Shown here: positions 16,721-26,529 of the stretch, piece after piece
How positions within the stretch are numbered: the first letter of the stretch is position 1
Layout of the letters: each line of letters starts with the position of its first letter
Source of the DNA: a virus
Lineage: Duplodnaviria; Caudoviricetes
DNA length: 32,855 nucleotides
IMG/VR virus record: IMGVR_UViG_3300020413_000037
Location: 1-32,855 of that record
Reading direction: 5' to 3' (one strand)
The notes under the pieces: generated by a model
What the model saw: the letters and a program-made list of their open reading frames with translations, nothing else
What the model was told of the DNA's origin: nothing
Database searches by the model: none
Program-made: the position numbers and the translations under genes

Positions 16721-18559
16721 TTAGAGTGAGGAATTTTCCTTAATGTTATTACCATCACCAGTAAATGTTGAGTTAACAGTTGTGCTGTTAACATGTGTAG
16801 ATCCACCAACACTAGCTATGGCAATTTGAGTATTACCATTATTAATCTTTCCATCTAATAATTTATTTTTACTTCCATTTTCCATACTATCAGTTCGAGA
16901 AATGTATTTACCATTTTTTATAATAGGATCTTTGAATCCAAGACTCTCAATAATAGAAGCATTATTATGAGATGAAGCTTTAGTACCACCAAATCCTCTT
17001 TGTACAGTGATTGTATTGAATTGATCTTTTATTTTGTTTTTATGTGTATTAGATGAATGTTTGATGGTTCTGAAATTAGTTGTTAATACTTTCATTACTT
17101 CGTCACCAATTTTAATATAATGACCAGATTTTAAATCCTTAGAGTTCAATCCGACAACCTTAAATTCAGTTTCATCAGCAAGAATACCTCCTCCAAATTG
17201 TCTTAACATCATCTGTTCAGATTTAAGATTACTAAGTTCCCAACTCTCAAGTGCTCTATCTACAAATGCATCTTGTTCATCACCTGTCAATCCTTTTTTC
17301 TCTGCTTCCTTAAGTGCTTTTTCAAGAGCTCTTTGCTTGGATCTTTCCTGTGCTGTTACTGGATCAAGCTTACCATCTTTACCATGTTTTATAAACTGAT
17401 AAATTCTTCCACCTAACCAATCACCTATCAGTCCTCCTAAGAATCCACCAAGAAGTGTTCCAACGCCAGGAAAAAGTAATGTACCTAGACCAGCACCCAT
17501 CCATTGTCCTAGACCAGCACCCATTGCTTTAATGATTGCTTCATCCCAAGGATCACCAAAAGCTCTGTTGATAACCACACTAAGAAAAGGTCCTATAAGA
17601 GGTACTTTATTAACAAATTTTTTAAAAGGTTTTGTTATAGTTTTTAATGCAGTTTTAACTCCTTTACCACCACCAGACTTAGCAAATAAAAGTAATTTTT
17701 TTGAGATTGCTTGTATAATACTATTACCTTTTAAAAATTTGGTTCCAGATATCGAAATTTTCTTTAAAATTTTTGAAACTAATTGTTTGACTTGAGGAAT
17801 TTTAAATGTTTTACTAAATTTTTTTGAGATGTTTTCTAATACTTTAGATGTTTTTGGAAACAAAAACTTCAAACCTTTTCCAAGTCCTTGTTTCTGCCAC
17901 TTTTTAAAAAAGACTTTTAAGATTCTAAAATTTCTAGGGCCACCTTTAATTAATTTGTAGGCATGTTTAAATGCCTTTAATGGATTCAGTGCATAAAACA
18001 ATCCAACAGCACCAGTTACCATCTGAAAGAATCCTACAAATCTTTCTAAGATACTATCACCAGCAATCAGTTTATTAAATCCTGTAAAAAAGTTATCAAC
18101 AGATCCAGTAACAAACCAGTCAATAAATTTAAGAACTGATTTTAGACCTGTTACTATTCCAGTTAATAGTTTTTGATTACTAGGATCAGCAACCCAATTC
18201 AATGCAAGAAAACCTAAAAGATCTCCTAATGCACCAAACAAATTACCTCCTAACTTTGAAGCACTTTGCTTTATACCACTACCAACTGAACCTAAGAAAG
18301 AAGTTTGTTCTTGTTTCTCTTCTTCATTTCTTGCTTTTTGTTTTGATTTTTGTCGATCAAGTAATCTAAAATATTTTGATTCTAATTTATCTCTTTGTAT
18401 TCTCTTTCTCATTAAAAGAAGAGCAGATCTTCTCATAGATCTACCAGCATCTACAGACTTCTCTGTAACAGTTTCACCACTCGTCATTCTCTGAGTTGGT
18501 TTACTTAAAGCAGAAGACTTGTTTCCTTTATAGAGTGTAATACCAGAGGTAATTGCCAT
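16721..18559 (-). CDS. Tape-measure-like/baseplate hub-associated protein
   Basis: 612 aa: basic amphipathic helices, Gly-zipper hydrophobic stretch (GAGLGTLLFPGVGTLLGGFLGGLIGDWLG), C-terminal small beta domain. Confidence 0.55.
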   Translation of the reverse strand: MAITSGITLYKGNKSSALSKPTQRMTSGETVTEKSVDAGRSMRRSALLLMRKRIQRDKLESKYFRLLDRQKSKQKARNEEEKQEQTSFLGSVGSGIKQSASKLGGNLFGALGDLLGFLALNWVADPSNQKLLTGIVTGLKSVLKFIDWFVTGSVDNFFTGFNKLIAGDSILERFVGFFQMVTGAVGLFYALNPLKAFKHAYKLIKGGPRNFRILKVFFKKWQKQGLGKGLKFLFPKTSKVLENISKKFSKTFKIPQVKQLVSKILKKISISGTKFLKGNSIIQAISKKLLLFAKSGGGKGVKTALKTITKPFKKFVNKVPLIGPFLSVVINRAFGDPWDEAIIKAMGAGLGQWMGAGLGTLLFPGVGTLLGGFLGGLIGDWLGGRIYQFIKHGKDGKLDPVTAQERSKQRALEKALKEAEKKGLTGDEQDAFVDRALESWELSNLKSEQMMLRQFGGGILADETEFKVVGLNSKDLKSGHYIKIGDEVMKVLTTNFRTIKHSSNTHKNKIKDQFNTITVQRGFGGTKASSHNNASIIESLGFKDPIIKNGKYISRTDSMENGSKNKLLDGKINNGNTQIAIASVGGSTHVNSTTVNSTFTGDGNNIKENSSL

Positions 18560-20139
18560 CAGTATCTAACTCCAAAAAGACATTGATCAATTGGTGGTTC
18601 ACAATTACCTAGAGAATCACTATCAAAGGCAGTTTGTTCTGCATTAGATGTGAAGTGTGATCCTTGTTCATGTACAACCACTTGATCAACACCGTTTCCT
18701 ACTACTATATTATTACTTACAACTTGAGCGAGTTCTAATCTATTACCAGATCCATTAGTTAAACTTGGAATAATCATACCACCAGTTTCAAACTTTGGAG
18801 CAACTGTAATCTGTGGATTGACCTGAGTGGTTTTAATTAGATTACCAGCACTAAATTTAGGACCTACATAACCTCCAAACTTATATGATGGTCTAGGTTT
18901 AGCAGCAGTGCTACCACTTCTAGCAGGAAAAGTACCGAAGTTCATTGAGTCAAGAAAACCTGGCATAGTTTTTTCAATACCAGCAGTTGCATTTCTGTTT
19001 AAAACATACTCTCCACCTTCAGCCTCAATTGGAACTCCACCACCACTATGTCTAGGGCCTGTTAAGAATCCACCTTTTTCTGCCTTCTCACCATCTTCTA
19101 CAAATAATTCTTTATCATTTTCACCATCATCAAATCCAAATAGTTTTTTTACTCTCGTAAACACACCTGATACTACCTCAGTAAAAAGATTAGGTAAATC
19201 TTCAGTAAGAAAATTGGTTAAAGGTTCAAAGAATTTACTAATTCCTTCACCTATTCCAGCAAACATATCTGGTAGTTCTACTAAAAGAAAATTCTTTACA
19301 TCCTCAAATAATTTTGGTATACCTTCAGTAAATATTTCTGTAACATCTGTAAAGAGTGCTTTTATTTCTTCAACATCAAACCATTCAAAACTAAAAAACT
19401 CTCCAATTTTATTAACAGTATCCTTGATGATGTTAATTCCATCTCCTATTTTTTCAACTGTAAAACTAATTCCAGCACCAATTCCTTTTACAATTTTTCC
19501 TACAAACTCAACTACTCCTGTAAAAAAGTTAACAAAGGTTGTAACTTTTGCATGGTTAGTTGGATCTCCCAACCATTCTAATAATTTAAATCCTACAAAT
19601 GCCTTTCCAAACGTCATCAAGAAGTCAAATATACCACCAGCTTTCTTCTTAATACCTTTCATCAAACCACTATCTCTCTTTCTTCTACCTTTTACCTTAC
19701 CTCTTTCTTGTTTCTTCTCTTCTGCTTCTGATGAATCTGTATCTATATCTCTTGCAGTTCCTAAAATTCTATCATGTAATCGATCAATCGCATTGTTCTC
19801 AAGAACCAATAACTTCTCCAGATATTGTGTTACTTTTGCTAAATGATTCGTTAGTTTTCCAGTTGCACTTCCACCATCTGATTCTCCAGCTGGTAATGCA
19901 AGTCTAGCAGCAGTGGGTGTATTCTTTACTGATTTTGTACCTAATGTAAATCCTTTAAATCTTGCTTTTCTTTCGCCTGGTGAAAGATATTCACCACTTG
20001 ATCCAACTCCCATAACTCTTGATTGATAGTCAGAAGAAGTCTTACCAGTCATTCCTTTGGCAAACTTTTTAAGTCCAGCACCTTTTTTCACCACACTACT
20101 CATGGTTGATTTTGCTGAATTTAAGAAACCTTTAATCAT
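18559..20139 (-). CDS. Tape-measure-like protein
   Basis: 526 aa with amphipathic Phe/Trp-periodic helices and a GPRHSGGGVPIEAEGGEYVLN motif seen in tape-measure C-termini; follows gp26/gp51. Confidence 0.6.
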   Translation of the reverse strand: MIKGFLNSAKSTMSSVVKKGAGLKKFAKGMTGKTSSDYQSRVMGVGSSGEYLSPGERKARFKGFTLGTKSVKNTPTAARLALPAGESDGGSATGKLTNHLAKVTQYLEKLLVLENNAIDRLHDRILGTARDIDTDSSEAEEKKQERGKVKGRRKRDSGLMKGIKKKAGGIFDFLMTFGKAFVGFKLLEWLGDPTNHAKVTTFVNFFTGVVEFVGKIVKGIGAGISFTVEKIGDGINIIKDTVNKIGEFFSFEWFDVEEIKALFTDVTEIFTEGIPKLFEDVKNFLLVELPDMFAGIGEGISKFFEPLTNFLTEDLPNLFTEVVSGVFTRVKKLFGFDDGENDKELFVEDGEKAEKGGFLTGPRHSGGGVPIEAEGGEYVLNRNATAGIEKTMPGFLDSMNFGTFPARSGSTAAKPRPSYKFGGYVGPKFSAGNLIKTTQVNPQITVAPKFETGGMIIPSLTNGSGNRLELAQVVSNNIVVGNGVDQVVVHEQGSHFTSNAEQTAFDSDSLGNCEPPIDQCLFGVRY

Positions 20140-20318
20140 TGTGACTGGCGATTTTTAAGTTTTTCGTTTTCTTCTTCTATGTAATCAACAAGTTGTTGAA
20201 CATAAACTTCTCTTTCCCATGGCAACATATTCTCAAGTGTTTCAAGACTCCATTTATGGTGTTGAACCATTACGAAATTAGTTCGATAGTAATTCTCTAA
20301 TGATTCATGGGCCAACAC
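20136..20318 (-). CDS. gp51: Baseplate hub assembly protein (annotated gp51 in cyanophages)
   Basis: YYRTNFxMxQHHKWSLxxLENMLPWEREVY, directly after gp26. Confidence 0.75.
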   Translation of the reverse strand: MLAHESLENYYRTNFVMVQHHKWSLETLENMLPWEREVYVQQLVDYIEEENEKLKNRQSQ

Positions 20319-21040
20319 TAGTCGAAAAAACTTGAGAGACCCTCAATTACTACTTCAGATTTAACCTTCGTATTTGGATTAGTAACTTCAATCTTATGAC
20401 TTAATTTAGGCATAGTCTCGAAGAAATCTTGTATCTTCTGGAATTGTTGTGTGTCAAATGTTTCTACAAACTCTAACATTTCTTTTTTAGAGAAACTTTT
20501 TGATTCTAGAACATCCTCTCCTTCTACAACCTGAGATATACAATCAATTGTCATATCAAATATGGTATCAACTTTTTGTTGATCAGGATCACCTGTAATA
20601 TTATTTTTCACAAACATTTCCATGCTTGGATACTTCATAACAATACCAACTTTATCATTTAATTGAATCACTGTATTGTGTTTATCAGATTTTTGAATCT
20701 TGACATCCTCAACGTTGACAGCGACTTCCACTTCAGTTGTTTCATCATCAGGACAAACAATGTTCAATGTTATCTCTTCACCTACAGATTTACCTCTGAT
20801 ATTTAGGAATAGATATTCAATATCAAATACAGCAAGTTTGTCTACACTAATACCTCTAGTAAGAATACAATTCTTGAGGATTTGTTTGACAGCGTTCTGC
20901 ATTTCCTTCTCATCTTCTGTCTCCATAGCGATAAGAAGTATCTTCTCCTCCTTTACAAGGAAGGGTCTATATTTAACTTTCCTGTTTGAGGATGGTAATG
21001 TCAACTCATAGGTTGGCGTGTTTAACTTTGGTAAAGGCAT
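20318..21040 (-). CDS. gp26: Baseplate hub subunit
   Basis: MPLPKLNTPTYELTLPS...YRPFLVKEEKILL...DIEYLFLNIRGKSVGE...FFETMPKL. Confidence 0.92.
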   Translation of the reverse strand: MPLPKLNTPTYELTLPSSNRKVKYRPFLVKEEKILLIAMETEDEKEMQNAVKQILKNCILTRGISVDKLAVFDIEYLFLNIRGKSVGEEITLNIVCPDDETTEVEVAVNVEDVKIQKSDKHNTVIQLNDKVGIVMKYPSMEMFVKNNITGDPDQQKVDTIFDMTIDCISQVVEGEDVLESKSFSKKEMLEFVETFDTQQFQKIQDFFETMPKLSHKIEVTNPNTKVKSEVVIEGLSSFFD

Positions 21041-21064
21041 TATAACAATAATATATTATAAAAA

Positions 21065-21072
21065 TATTTATA
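21065..21072 (-). promoter_or_regulatory. T4-type late promoter TATAAATA
   Basis: Exact match, 24 nt upstream of gp26. Confidence 0.75.
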
Positions 21073-21086
21073 CGAGTTTTTTAAAG

Positions 21087-21866
21087 TTATGCAAATAGGC
21101 CCTCTGTTGCAAAAGGATCGAGTGCTGATTCTCCATCAGCATCATCTTTTCTTCGAGCTCCAGTAGGCCTAATTGTCTCATATTCAAAATCAATTGATAG
21201 TTGAGTCATACTAGATGATTCATTACCCAATTGTGTAGAAGATATATTTGAAGGGAAAGCATTTACTATTTTAATAGCATGAACTGGAACTGACTTAAAG
21301 AAACCAGTCGTACCACCTATTTTATCAGGAATAATTTCCTTTGTCATCATTCTTTTTGACTTTGCATTGAATTTTAACTTGTTTAGATTCATCATAGATG
21401 AGTTGGATCTTTCATATTTCAATACAGTAATGTCGGAAACATAATCATCCTTATACTTGGTTCTTAAAGTACCATTGTCTCTTGACCATCTAGAATATGG
21501 ATAGATTGTGTCAGTCCATACATCAAATATTTGTCGAATCAATGAACCAGAATCTAACATGAATGTCATAGAAAATGTATTGAACACTGCACCATAGGCA
21601 TATTTTAACTGAGGTGTATTGGTAATTCGGTACTCACTCGTAGACATATTTACGCCAGGCATCGTAGCTTCATTTGTATATAATTTCATCAGTTCCATCA
21701 TCTGTCCTAGACCAGCACTACCATCAGCTAATCTAAACTTACCTTGAAGCACCTCAAATAATTTACTACTACCACCAACATCTATCTGAACATCATAGAG
21801 ATTCGCCAAACTGAAACCATAAGTTTGAAACTTAGCTTTAAATTCATTTAAGTTTGAGAGTGTCAT
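21087..21866 (-). CDS. Tail tube initiator/tube-family protein (gp54/gp19-like)
   Basis: 259 aa with ATMPG, IFDVW, Y.DDY...I.V.KY and NAFPSNISSTQL...LSIDFEY tube-fold motifs. Confidence 0.65.
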   Translation of the reverse strand: MTLSNLNEFKAKFQTYGFSLANLYDVQIDVGGSSKLFEVLQGKFRLADGSAGLGQMMELMKLYTNEATMPGVNMSTSEYRITNTPQLKYAYGAVFNTFSMTFMLDSGSLIRQIFDVWTDTIYPYSRWSRDNGTLRTKYKDDYVSDITVLKYERSNSSMMNLNKLKFNAKSKRMMTKEIIPDKIGGTTGFFKSVPVHAIKIVNAFPSNISSTQLGNESSSMTQLSIDFEYETIRPTGARRKDDADGESALDPFATEGLFA

Positions 21867-22348
21867 TGTTTAGCCCCATTCCAGACAGCAAGTTTACTTA
21901 ATCCACCAAAATCTTCTACAGGTAGAAAAGCAGCAGTCTTATAATCAGCACTATTTATCAGAAACATTGGTGTTTCTAGTCCTACAGTCAAATAACTATG
22001 GTAAGCGTTCATATCTATCCTTGGTAAAGTTCCACTTTCTAGTAAGGCAACAGCCTCTAATCGTTTTCTCAAACTTAAATAATGTAAATTATATCCTTTA
22101 AATTGTAGTCCTCCTTGAATCACATAGACTAAAGGAAATCTATCATAAAAATTTAATCTCTCTGCATAAACTGCTTTGTACTCAAACAAATAGAGTGAGC
22201 CTGGACTTGGAACCATAGTCTCTTCCAACTCAGTTAGATCAGCAAACAAATCACTTTGTTTAAAAACTGTTCGCACTGTCTTCCGATACCACTCATAAGA
22301 ACGTGGTTCATCTCCTGCTGCTTCTTGTACTATGCTGAAAACACTCAT
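21863..22348 (-). CDS. gp2: DNA end protector protein
   Basis: PGSLYLFEYKA...FYDRFPLV...GYNLHYL...R; adjacent to gp4. Confidence 0.8.
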   Translation of the reverse strand: MSVFSIVQEAAGDEPRSYEWYRKTVRTVFKQSDLFADLTELEETMVPSPGSLYLFEYKAVYAERLNFYDRFPLVYVIQGGLQFKGYNLHYLSLRKRLEAVALLESGTLPRIDMNAYHSYLTVGLETPMFLINSADYKTAAFLPVEDFGGLSKLAVWNGAKQ

Positions 22349-22782
22349 ACCTTAAGTTCGTCTTCTGTGATGATTTTAAATTGCCATCTTCTGTCTAAAC
22401 AAAATTGATTTGCAGCCTCCCATTTTGCTTGGTTCTTTGCATACTCAGTTACTTCATAGATATATTTTTTCGTTTGTCTTTTTTGTTTTGCTGGCGGTTT
22501 TGTTTGTCTCTTTGGTTTCACTTCAATCAAGTATCTTTTAGTAGTACCATTTGATTCCTTGATTTGCATATAAAAATCTGGGAAGTATCTATGAACTCGA
22601 TTATCTAATGGAGATCTGTATGGAATTACAACCTCTTCACTACCCCACTCTAAAATATTAGAATTAGAATCACAATATTTCATGAACTTAAGTTCCCAAG
22701 ATGACCTAAAAATAATGTTACGGTAGTCACCTCTATACTTCCTAATGTTCCTTGGTGTAAATCTGCCTTTCAGAGTATTCAT
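22345..22782 (-). CDS. gp4: Head completion nuclease
   Basis: KYRGD...FRSSWELKFM...WGSEE..IPY...HRYFPDF...IEVKP...NQAKW. Confidence 0.93.
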   Translation of the reverse strand: MNTLKGRFTPRNIRKYRGDYRNIIFRSSWELKFMKYCDSNSNILEWGSEEVVIPYRSPLDNRVHRYFPDFYMQIKESNGTTKRYLIEVKPKRQTKPPAKQKRQTKKYIYEVTEYAKNQAKWEAANQFCLDRRWQFKIITEDELKV

Positions 22783-22819
22783 ATATAGCTATAGAGAAAT
22801 AGCGGTCTTCCTAGTATTT

Positions 22820-23857
22820 ATGGCCTCAAAAATATACACTGTTCCAGCAGAACTAAGTAATCTAACACAGTTTGATCAAAATAATTCTGGTAATCTAGTC
22901 CTTAATAGTAAACTAAGATGGCCTATAGCAGATCAGCATGATTTTTTGCAAATAGATATAGTAGAATTTCAATTGACAGGTGATGTTCAATATTCTGTAA
23001 CGCAAACACCAGTAACAAATACACCAAAAGCAACTGAGGCTACCAGTGAGAGTGCAATTACAGAAGCTTCAACAACTAACGTTAGTTTTGATATAACAGA
23101 TGGTACATTTTTTAGTAATACACAATCAAAAACCAAAGCAAAAATATTTGAACAAATTAGACTACCTATACCAGCGAATGTAAACTATCAAGACAATCCA
23201 AAATACAATGAGGGTTCTGGTATAGCAGGTAAAATTTTACCATCATTGGCAAAACAGATTGCAAATGATTCTTCATCAGCAAATATTGCAACAACACTTC
23301 AAGCTGCTGCAAAAGCTGGATCTCAAGGACTTGTAATGAGTGTACTAGATAAACTGCCTGGTTTAGGTGGCGGTGCAGCTCAACTTACTCAAAATGGTTT
23401 TGGTAAAATTCTAAATCCATATGTCGAACAAGTATTCGGTGGAGTTGGAATGAGAACTTTTAGTTTTAACTGGAAATTAGTTCCAAGAAATGATGAAGAG
23501 ACAGACGCTATTCAAAATATTATTAAAGTTATAAGAGGAAGATCATTACCAGATTACGCTGCTAAACTAGGACTTAAAGAAAATGGCGGAAGTTTAGATG
23601 CTGGAAATATTTCTGATCGTTGGTTAACAGTTCCTATGATATTCAGATTGAACTGGAAAAATGGCGATACTGGTCAACAGATTAAATCTCTTCCTAAAAT
23701 TAAACCATGTGTCATGACAGATGCACAGATTAATTATACTCCAGATAATATATGGGCAACTTATGAAGGTGCAAATCCAGTTGCATATGATTTAACTCTA
23801 GGATTTACTGAGACTGAAATTATTACATCACAAGAAGTACTTGCTTTAGGATATTAA
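22820..23857 (+). CDS. gp48: Baseplate tail tube cap
   Basis: LPIP, NPYVEQVF...MRTFSFNWKLVPRN...I..II, NYTPD and LTLGFTETEIIT. The ATG at 22820 is preferred over the upstream start that overlaps gp4. Confidence 0.85.
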   Translation: MASKIYTVPAELSNLTQFDQNNSGNLVLNSKLRWPIADQHDFLQIDIVEFQLTGDVQYSVTQTPVTNTPKATEATSESAITEASTTNVSFDITDGTFFSNTQSKTKAKIFEQIRLPIPANVNYQDNPKYNEGSGIAGKILPSLAKQIANDSSSANIATTLQAAAKAGSQGLVMSVLDKLPGLGGGAAQLTQNGFGKILNPYVEQVFGGVGMRTFSFNWKLVPRNDEETDAIQNIIKVIRGRSLPDYAAKLGLKENGGSLDAGNISDRWLTVPMIFRLNWKNGDTGQQIKSLPKIKPCVMTDAQINYTPDNIWATYEGANPVAYDLTLGFTETEIITSQEVLALGY

Positions 23858-23858
23858 A

Positions 23859-24584
23859 ATGTTTTTCGATTCACAACCAAATTTTTTATACCCAGATTTT
23901 AAAAATAAAGATGACTATAAAGTATCTAAAAATTTCTTTCGTAGATTAAGAAGTAGAGATAACTTTAATAGTATATTTTCTTCTTCTTTACCTTACACTG
24001 TTACGCCTGGCGAAACTGTAGAACAAGTTTCATACAAAAAGTTTAATGATTCAAAATGGTACTGGACAATTCTATTGATGAATAATATTATTGATATTCG
24101 TAGAGAATGGCCTTTATCATCAAATGAATTAGAAGATTATATGGATAATAAATATGGCACATCAATAGATAATACTAGACATTGGGAAACAAATAAAGTT
24201 ACAGACACAACTTTAGGTACAGTATTAGAACAAGGTGTAATTGTTGAATTTTATGAAGGAACTACTGCTCAACAAACATCAAACTATGTTCCACAAATAC
24301 AAAATGAATCAGGTAGTGCTGTGAACTGGACTTTTAAATATTTTACACAGTCTGGTGGTAGTCCTAATACTCAAGTAGAAAATATTGTTCCTGCTTCGAC
24401 AGGACTTACTAAAGTAACGAATAGAGAATGGGAGTATGAAGAGAATGAAAAGAAAAGAGAAATTATAATTCCTAGACAGCAATACTTATCTATATTAGAA
24501 GATGAATTAGAAAGTCTATTAAAGTATGAAACGAAATATAAAATTACTAAAAGTGGATTAAGAATATCAGAACCATATCAGTAA
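23859..24584 (+). CDS. gp53: Baseplate wedge subunit
   Basis: MFF...P, PGETVEQVSY, WTILLMNNIID...EWPL and NREWEYEENEKKREI. Confidence 0.9.
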   Translation: MFFDSQPNFLYPDFKNKDDYKVSKNFFRRLRSRDNFNSIFSSSLPYTVTPGETVEQVSYKKFNDSKWYWTILLMNNIIDIRREWPLSSNELEDYMDNKYGTSIDNTRHWETNKVTDTTLGTVLEQGVIVEFYEGTTAQQTSNYVPQIQNESGSAVNWTFKYFTQSGGSPNTQVENIVPASTGLTKVTNREWEYEENEKKREIIIPRQQYLSILEDELESLLKYETKYKITKSGLRISEPYQ

Positions 24585-24597
24585 AAACCTTTTAGAC

Positions 24598-24634
24598 AAA
24601 AAAATGCCCCGAAAATTTTTTCGAGGCTTTTTTT
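24598..24634. terminator. Bidirectional intrinsic terminator between convergent gp53 and gp32
   Basis: A7, then gccccgaaaa/ttttcgaggc stem (one mismatch), then T7. Confidence 0.8.
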
Positions 24635-24654
24635 ATTGAATTTTTAAATTCGTA

Positions 24655-25548
24655 TTACTCTTCTGCGAGTCTTGAGAAGTATGACATTACATCTTCCTCT
24701 TCCTCATTAGAACGAGCAGGAGGTTCAACAGTTGCTGATACAGATGGTACAGGCCCACGACCTTCACTTTCATCTTCAAGATCTTCTTCGGGTATCGGTG
24801 ATACCTTTTTCTTAGCAGAGAGAACTGTATTCATTCTCTTCTCAAGTTCTTCATATGTTTTGAAGTTCTTAGCATCAGTAAATGCTGTAAGAGAATGTTC
24901 TGATTTGTAGATAGCTTCTAATTCAGCATCATCAAAGTCTCCAAGAGTTGATACTTTATCAAACTCAGACTTATCATAATTCCAATAACCATCTAACTTA
25001 CGAATCTTTAACTTAAAGTTAGCACCTTTCCAGAAATCAAATGGATTGATAGGAGTCTCATCAGCAAATGCAGGCTGCATAGCTTCGACAATCTTATCAT
25101 GGATTTTCTTTCCATACTTATACAAGAATACTTTACCTTCATTCTCAGGATGTAAAGGATCTTGAACAACAAATATGTTACTGTAATAAGATAACTTACG
25201 TTTTTGTTTACGAGCAGTTTCCTTATCACGATCAGATCCAGAGTTCCATAATTGACGATTTAAATCACCAACAGGATCAGACTTGTTAATAGTTGTTAAT
25301 GAGTTCTCAATATACCAACCGCCAGGACCTTGGAAAGCATGACTGAATAGTTTTGCCCAAGGAAGATCTTCTTCATTAGGTGCTGGTAGGAATCTGATTA
25401 CAGCGTAACCATTACCACCTTTATCCATCTCAGGTTTCCAAAGATTATCATCTTTAGAATTTGATTCACCAGATGAAACCTTTTCTAGTTCCTTAGTTAA
25501 TTTTTGAAAAGCAGAAGCAGAATCTCGCTTCAGTGCAGAAAAAGACAT
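24655..25548 (-). CDS. gp32: Single-stranded DNA-binding protein
   Basis: GNGYAVIRFLPA, HAFQGPGGWYIENSLTT, NPFDFWKGANFKLK and an acidic C-terminus. Confidence 0.97.
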   Translation of the reverse strand: MSFSALKRDSASAFQKLTKELEKVSSGESNSKDDNLWKPEMDKGGNGYAVIRFLPAPNEEDLPWAKLFSHAFQGPGGWYIENSLTTINKSDPVGDLNRQLWNSGSDRDKETARKQKRKLSYYSNIFVVQDPLHPENEGKVFLYKYGKKIHDKIVEAMQPAFADETPINPFDFWKGANFKLKIRKLDGYWNYDKSEFDKVSTLGDFDDAELEAIYKSEHSLTAFTDAKNFKTYEELEKRMNTVLSAKKKVSPIPEEDLEDESEGRGPVPSVSATVEPPARSNEEEEDVMSYFSRLAEE

Positions 25549-25589
25549 GTGTGTTCTCCGTATTTTTTAGTATTTGGCTTACTTTTTTT

Positions 25590-25618
25590 ATTGTAACATA
25601 GTTATTGGTATTTGTCAA
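25590..25618 (-). promoter_or_regulatory. Sigma70-type promoter for gp32
   Basis: TTGACA (25618-13), 17-nt spacer, TACAAT (25595-90) with a TG extension. Confidence 0.8.
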
Positions 25619-25941
25619 TCATCTAATAACTCTAATGCTCTTTCAACATCTGCTTGCATAGAAACAAAACACTCATCGATATCACCGTTAGTATATCCTA
25701 ATAGTCTTGCAGATTGTTTTAAGTATTGTATAAATTCAAAAGCATCATCGTCCTCAGAATATTTTGCACGAAAGTATAAAACCTTTTGTAGTTCTATAAC
25801 TCTACCAACTTTTTCTAAGTATTCTTTTTTTTCTTCATTATCTAGTGTCATACCTCTAGAAGATAAATCAACCAGTCTTTGATAGATTTCAAATAACTGT
25901 ACTGATTCAGCTCTAATGATAGGATTATCAAAAAATGCCAT
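25615..25941 (-). CDS. Conserved cyanobacterial/cyanophage protein (DUF1825-like)
   Basis: MAFFDNPII.E...YQ.L...Q..LYFR..YSED..A pattern. Confidence 0.6.
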   Translation of the reverse strand: MAFFDNPIIRAESVQLFEIYQRLVDLSSRGMTLDNEEKKEYLEKVGRVIELQKVLYFRAKYSEDDDAFEFIQYLKQSARLLGYTNGDIDECFVSMQADVERALELLDD

Positions 25942-25944
25942 GTT

Positions 25945-26529
25945 CTATGCTAATTTTTTTAACAGGATACATTTATATTTATCACGATCTATTTGAAGGA
26001 ATGGTTCGTATTTCACAACCTGTTTTTTTGTATCAGGCCATACTACAGGTTCTATAATTTGTTTATCAAAGTCAGGAATAAAATTTAAAAGTTTATTTAA
26101 AATGACTAATGTTTCTAATGTAATTCTATCTCCATAATATGATTGCAATAAGATAGGATGATTGCCAGATTTACATTCAAATACTTTTTCAAACTTAGAA
26201 ATATCTAATAGATAATCTATATCACTTTCAAATATAAATGACATACTCTGAACCTTTTTCTTCCAGTCAGTGTATACTTTAGAACCATGTATTGATATAT
26301 CGCCAATCCATGTGTTGTTATTATTTACAAAGTATGATACAAAATATTGTACAACTGTATCTTTATCAAACTTTGCAGCTAATTTTTTAAAAAAATATCT
26401 ATCTTTTCTTTTATCAAACGCTGACTGAGATGCCCTAGATTTACCATTGAAGGTAAAATAATTATAGTTATCTTTAGTGAAGTGTAACTTTAATGCTAAG
26501 TAAGTTTTGTAGACATCAAAACCTGTCAT
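25945..26529 (-). CDS. gp59: Helicase loader
   Basis: YKTYLALKLHF...YNYF...F.KRKDRYFF.KL; ITLETLVIL; KYEPFL. Confidence 0.92.
   Translation of the reverse strand: MTGFDVYKTYLALKLHFTKDNYNYFTFNGKSRASQSAFDKRKDRYFFKKLAAKFDKDTVVQYFVSYFVNNNNTWIGDISIHGSKVYTDWKKKVQSMSFIFESDIDYLLDISKFEKVFECKSGNHPILLQSYYGDRITLETLVILNKLLNFIPDFDKQIIEPVVWPDTKKQVVKYEPFLQIDRDKYKCILLKKLA

Noticed and set aside
18908-19846. 312-aa antisense ORF on +
   Set aside because: Lies wholly opposite the 526-aa gene in codon register; Ser/Pro/Ile/Phe-rich composition mirrors the sense codons; no ATG start, RBS or promoter evident.
22345-22782. gp4 as a TnsA-like transposase/mobile endonuclease
   Set aside because: Sequence and synteny (gp2-gp4 divergent from gp48-gp53) match the core head-completion gene; no terminal repeats.
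22745-22819. Upstream extension of gp48 in the ORF track
   Set aside because: Overlaps the gp4 start and the divergent promoter region; the ATG at 22820 is more plausible.
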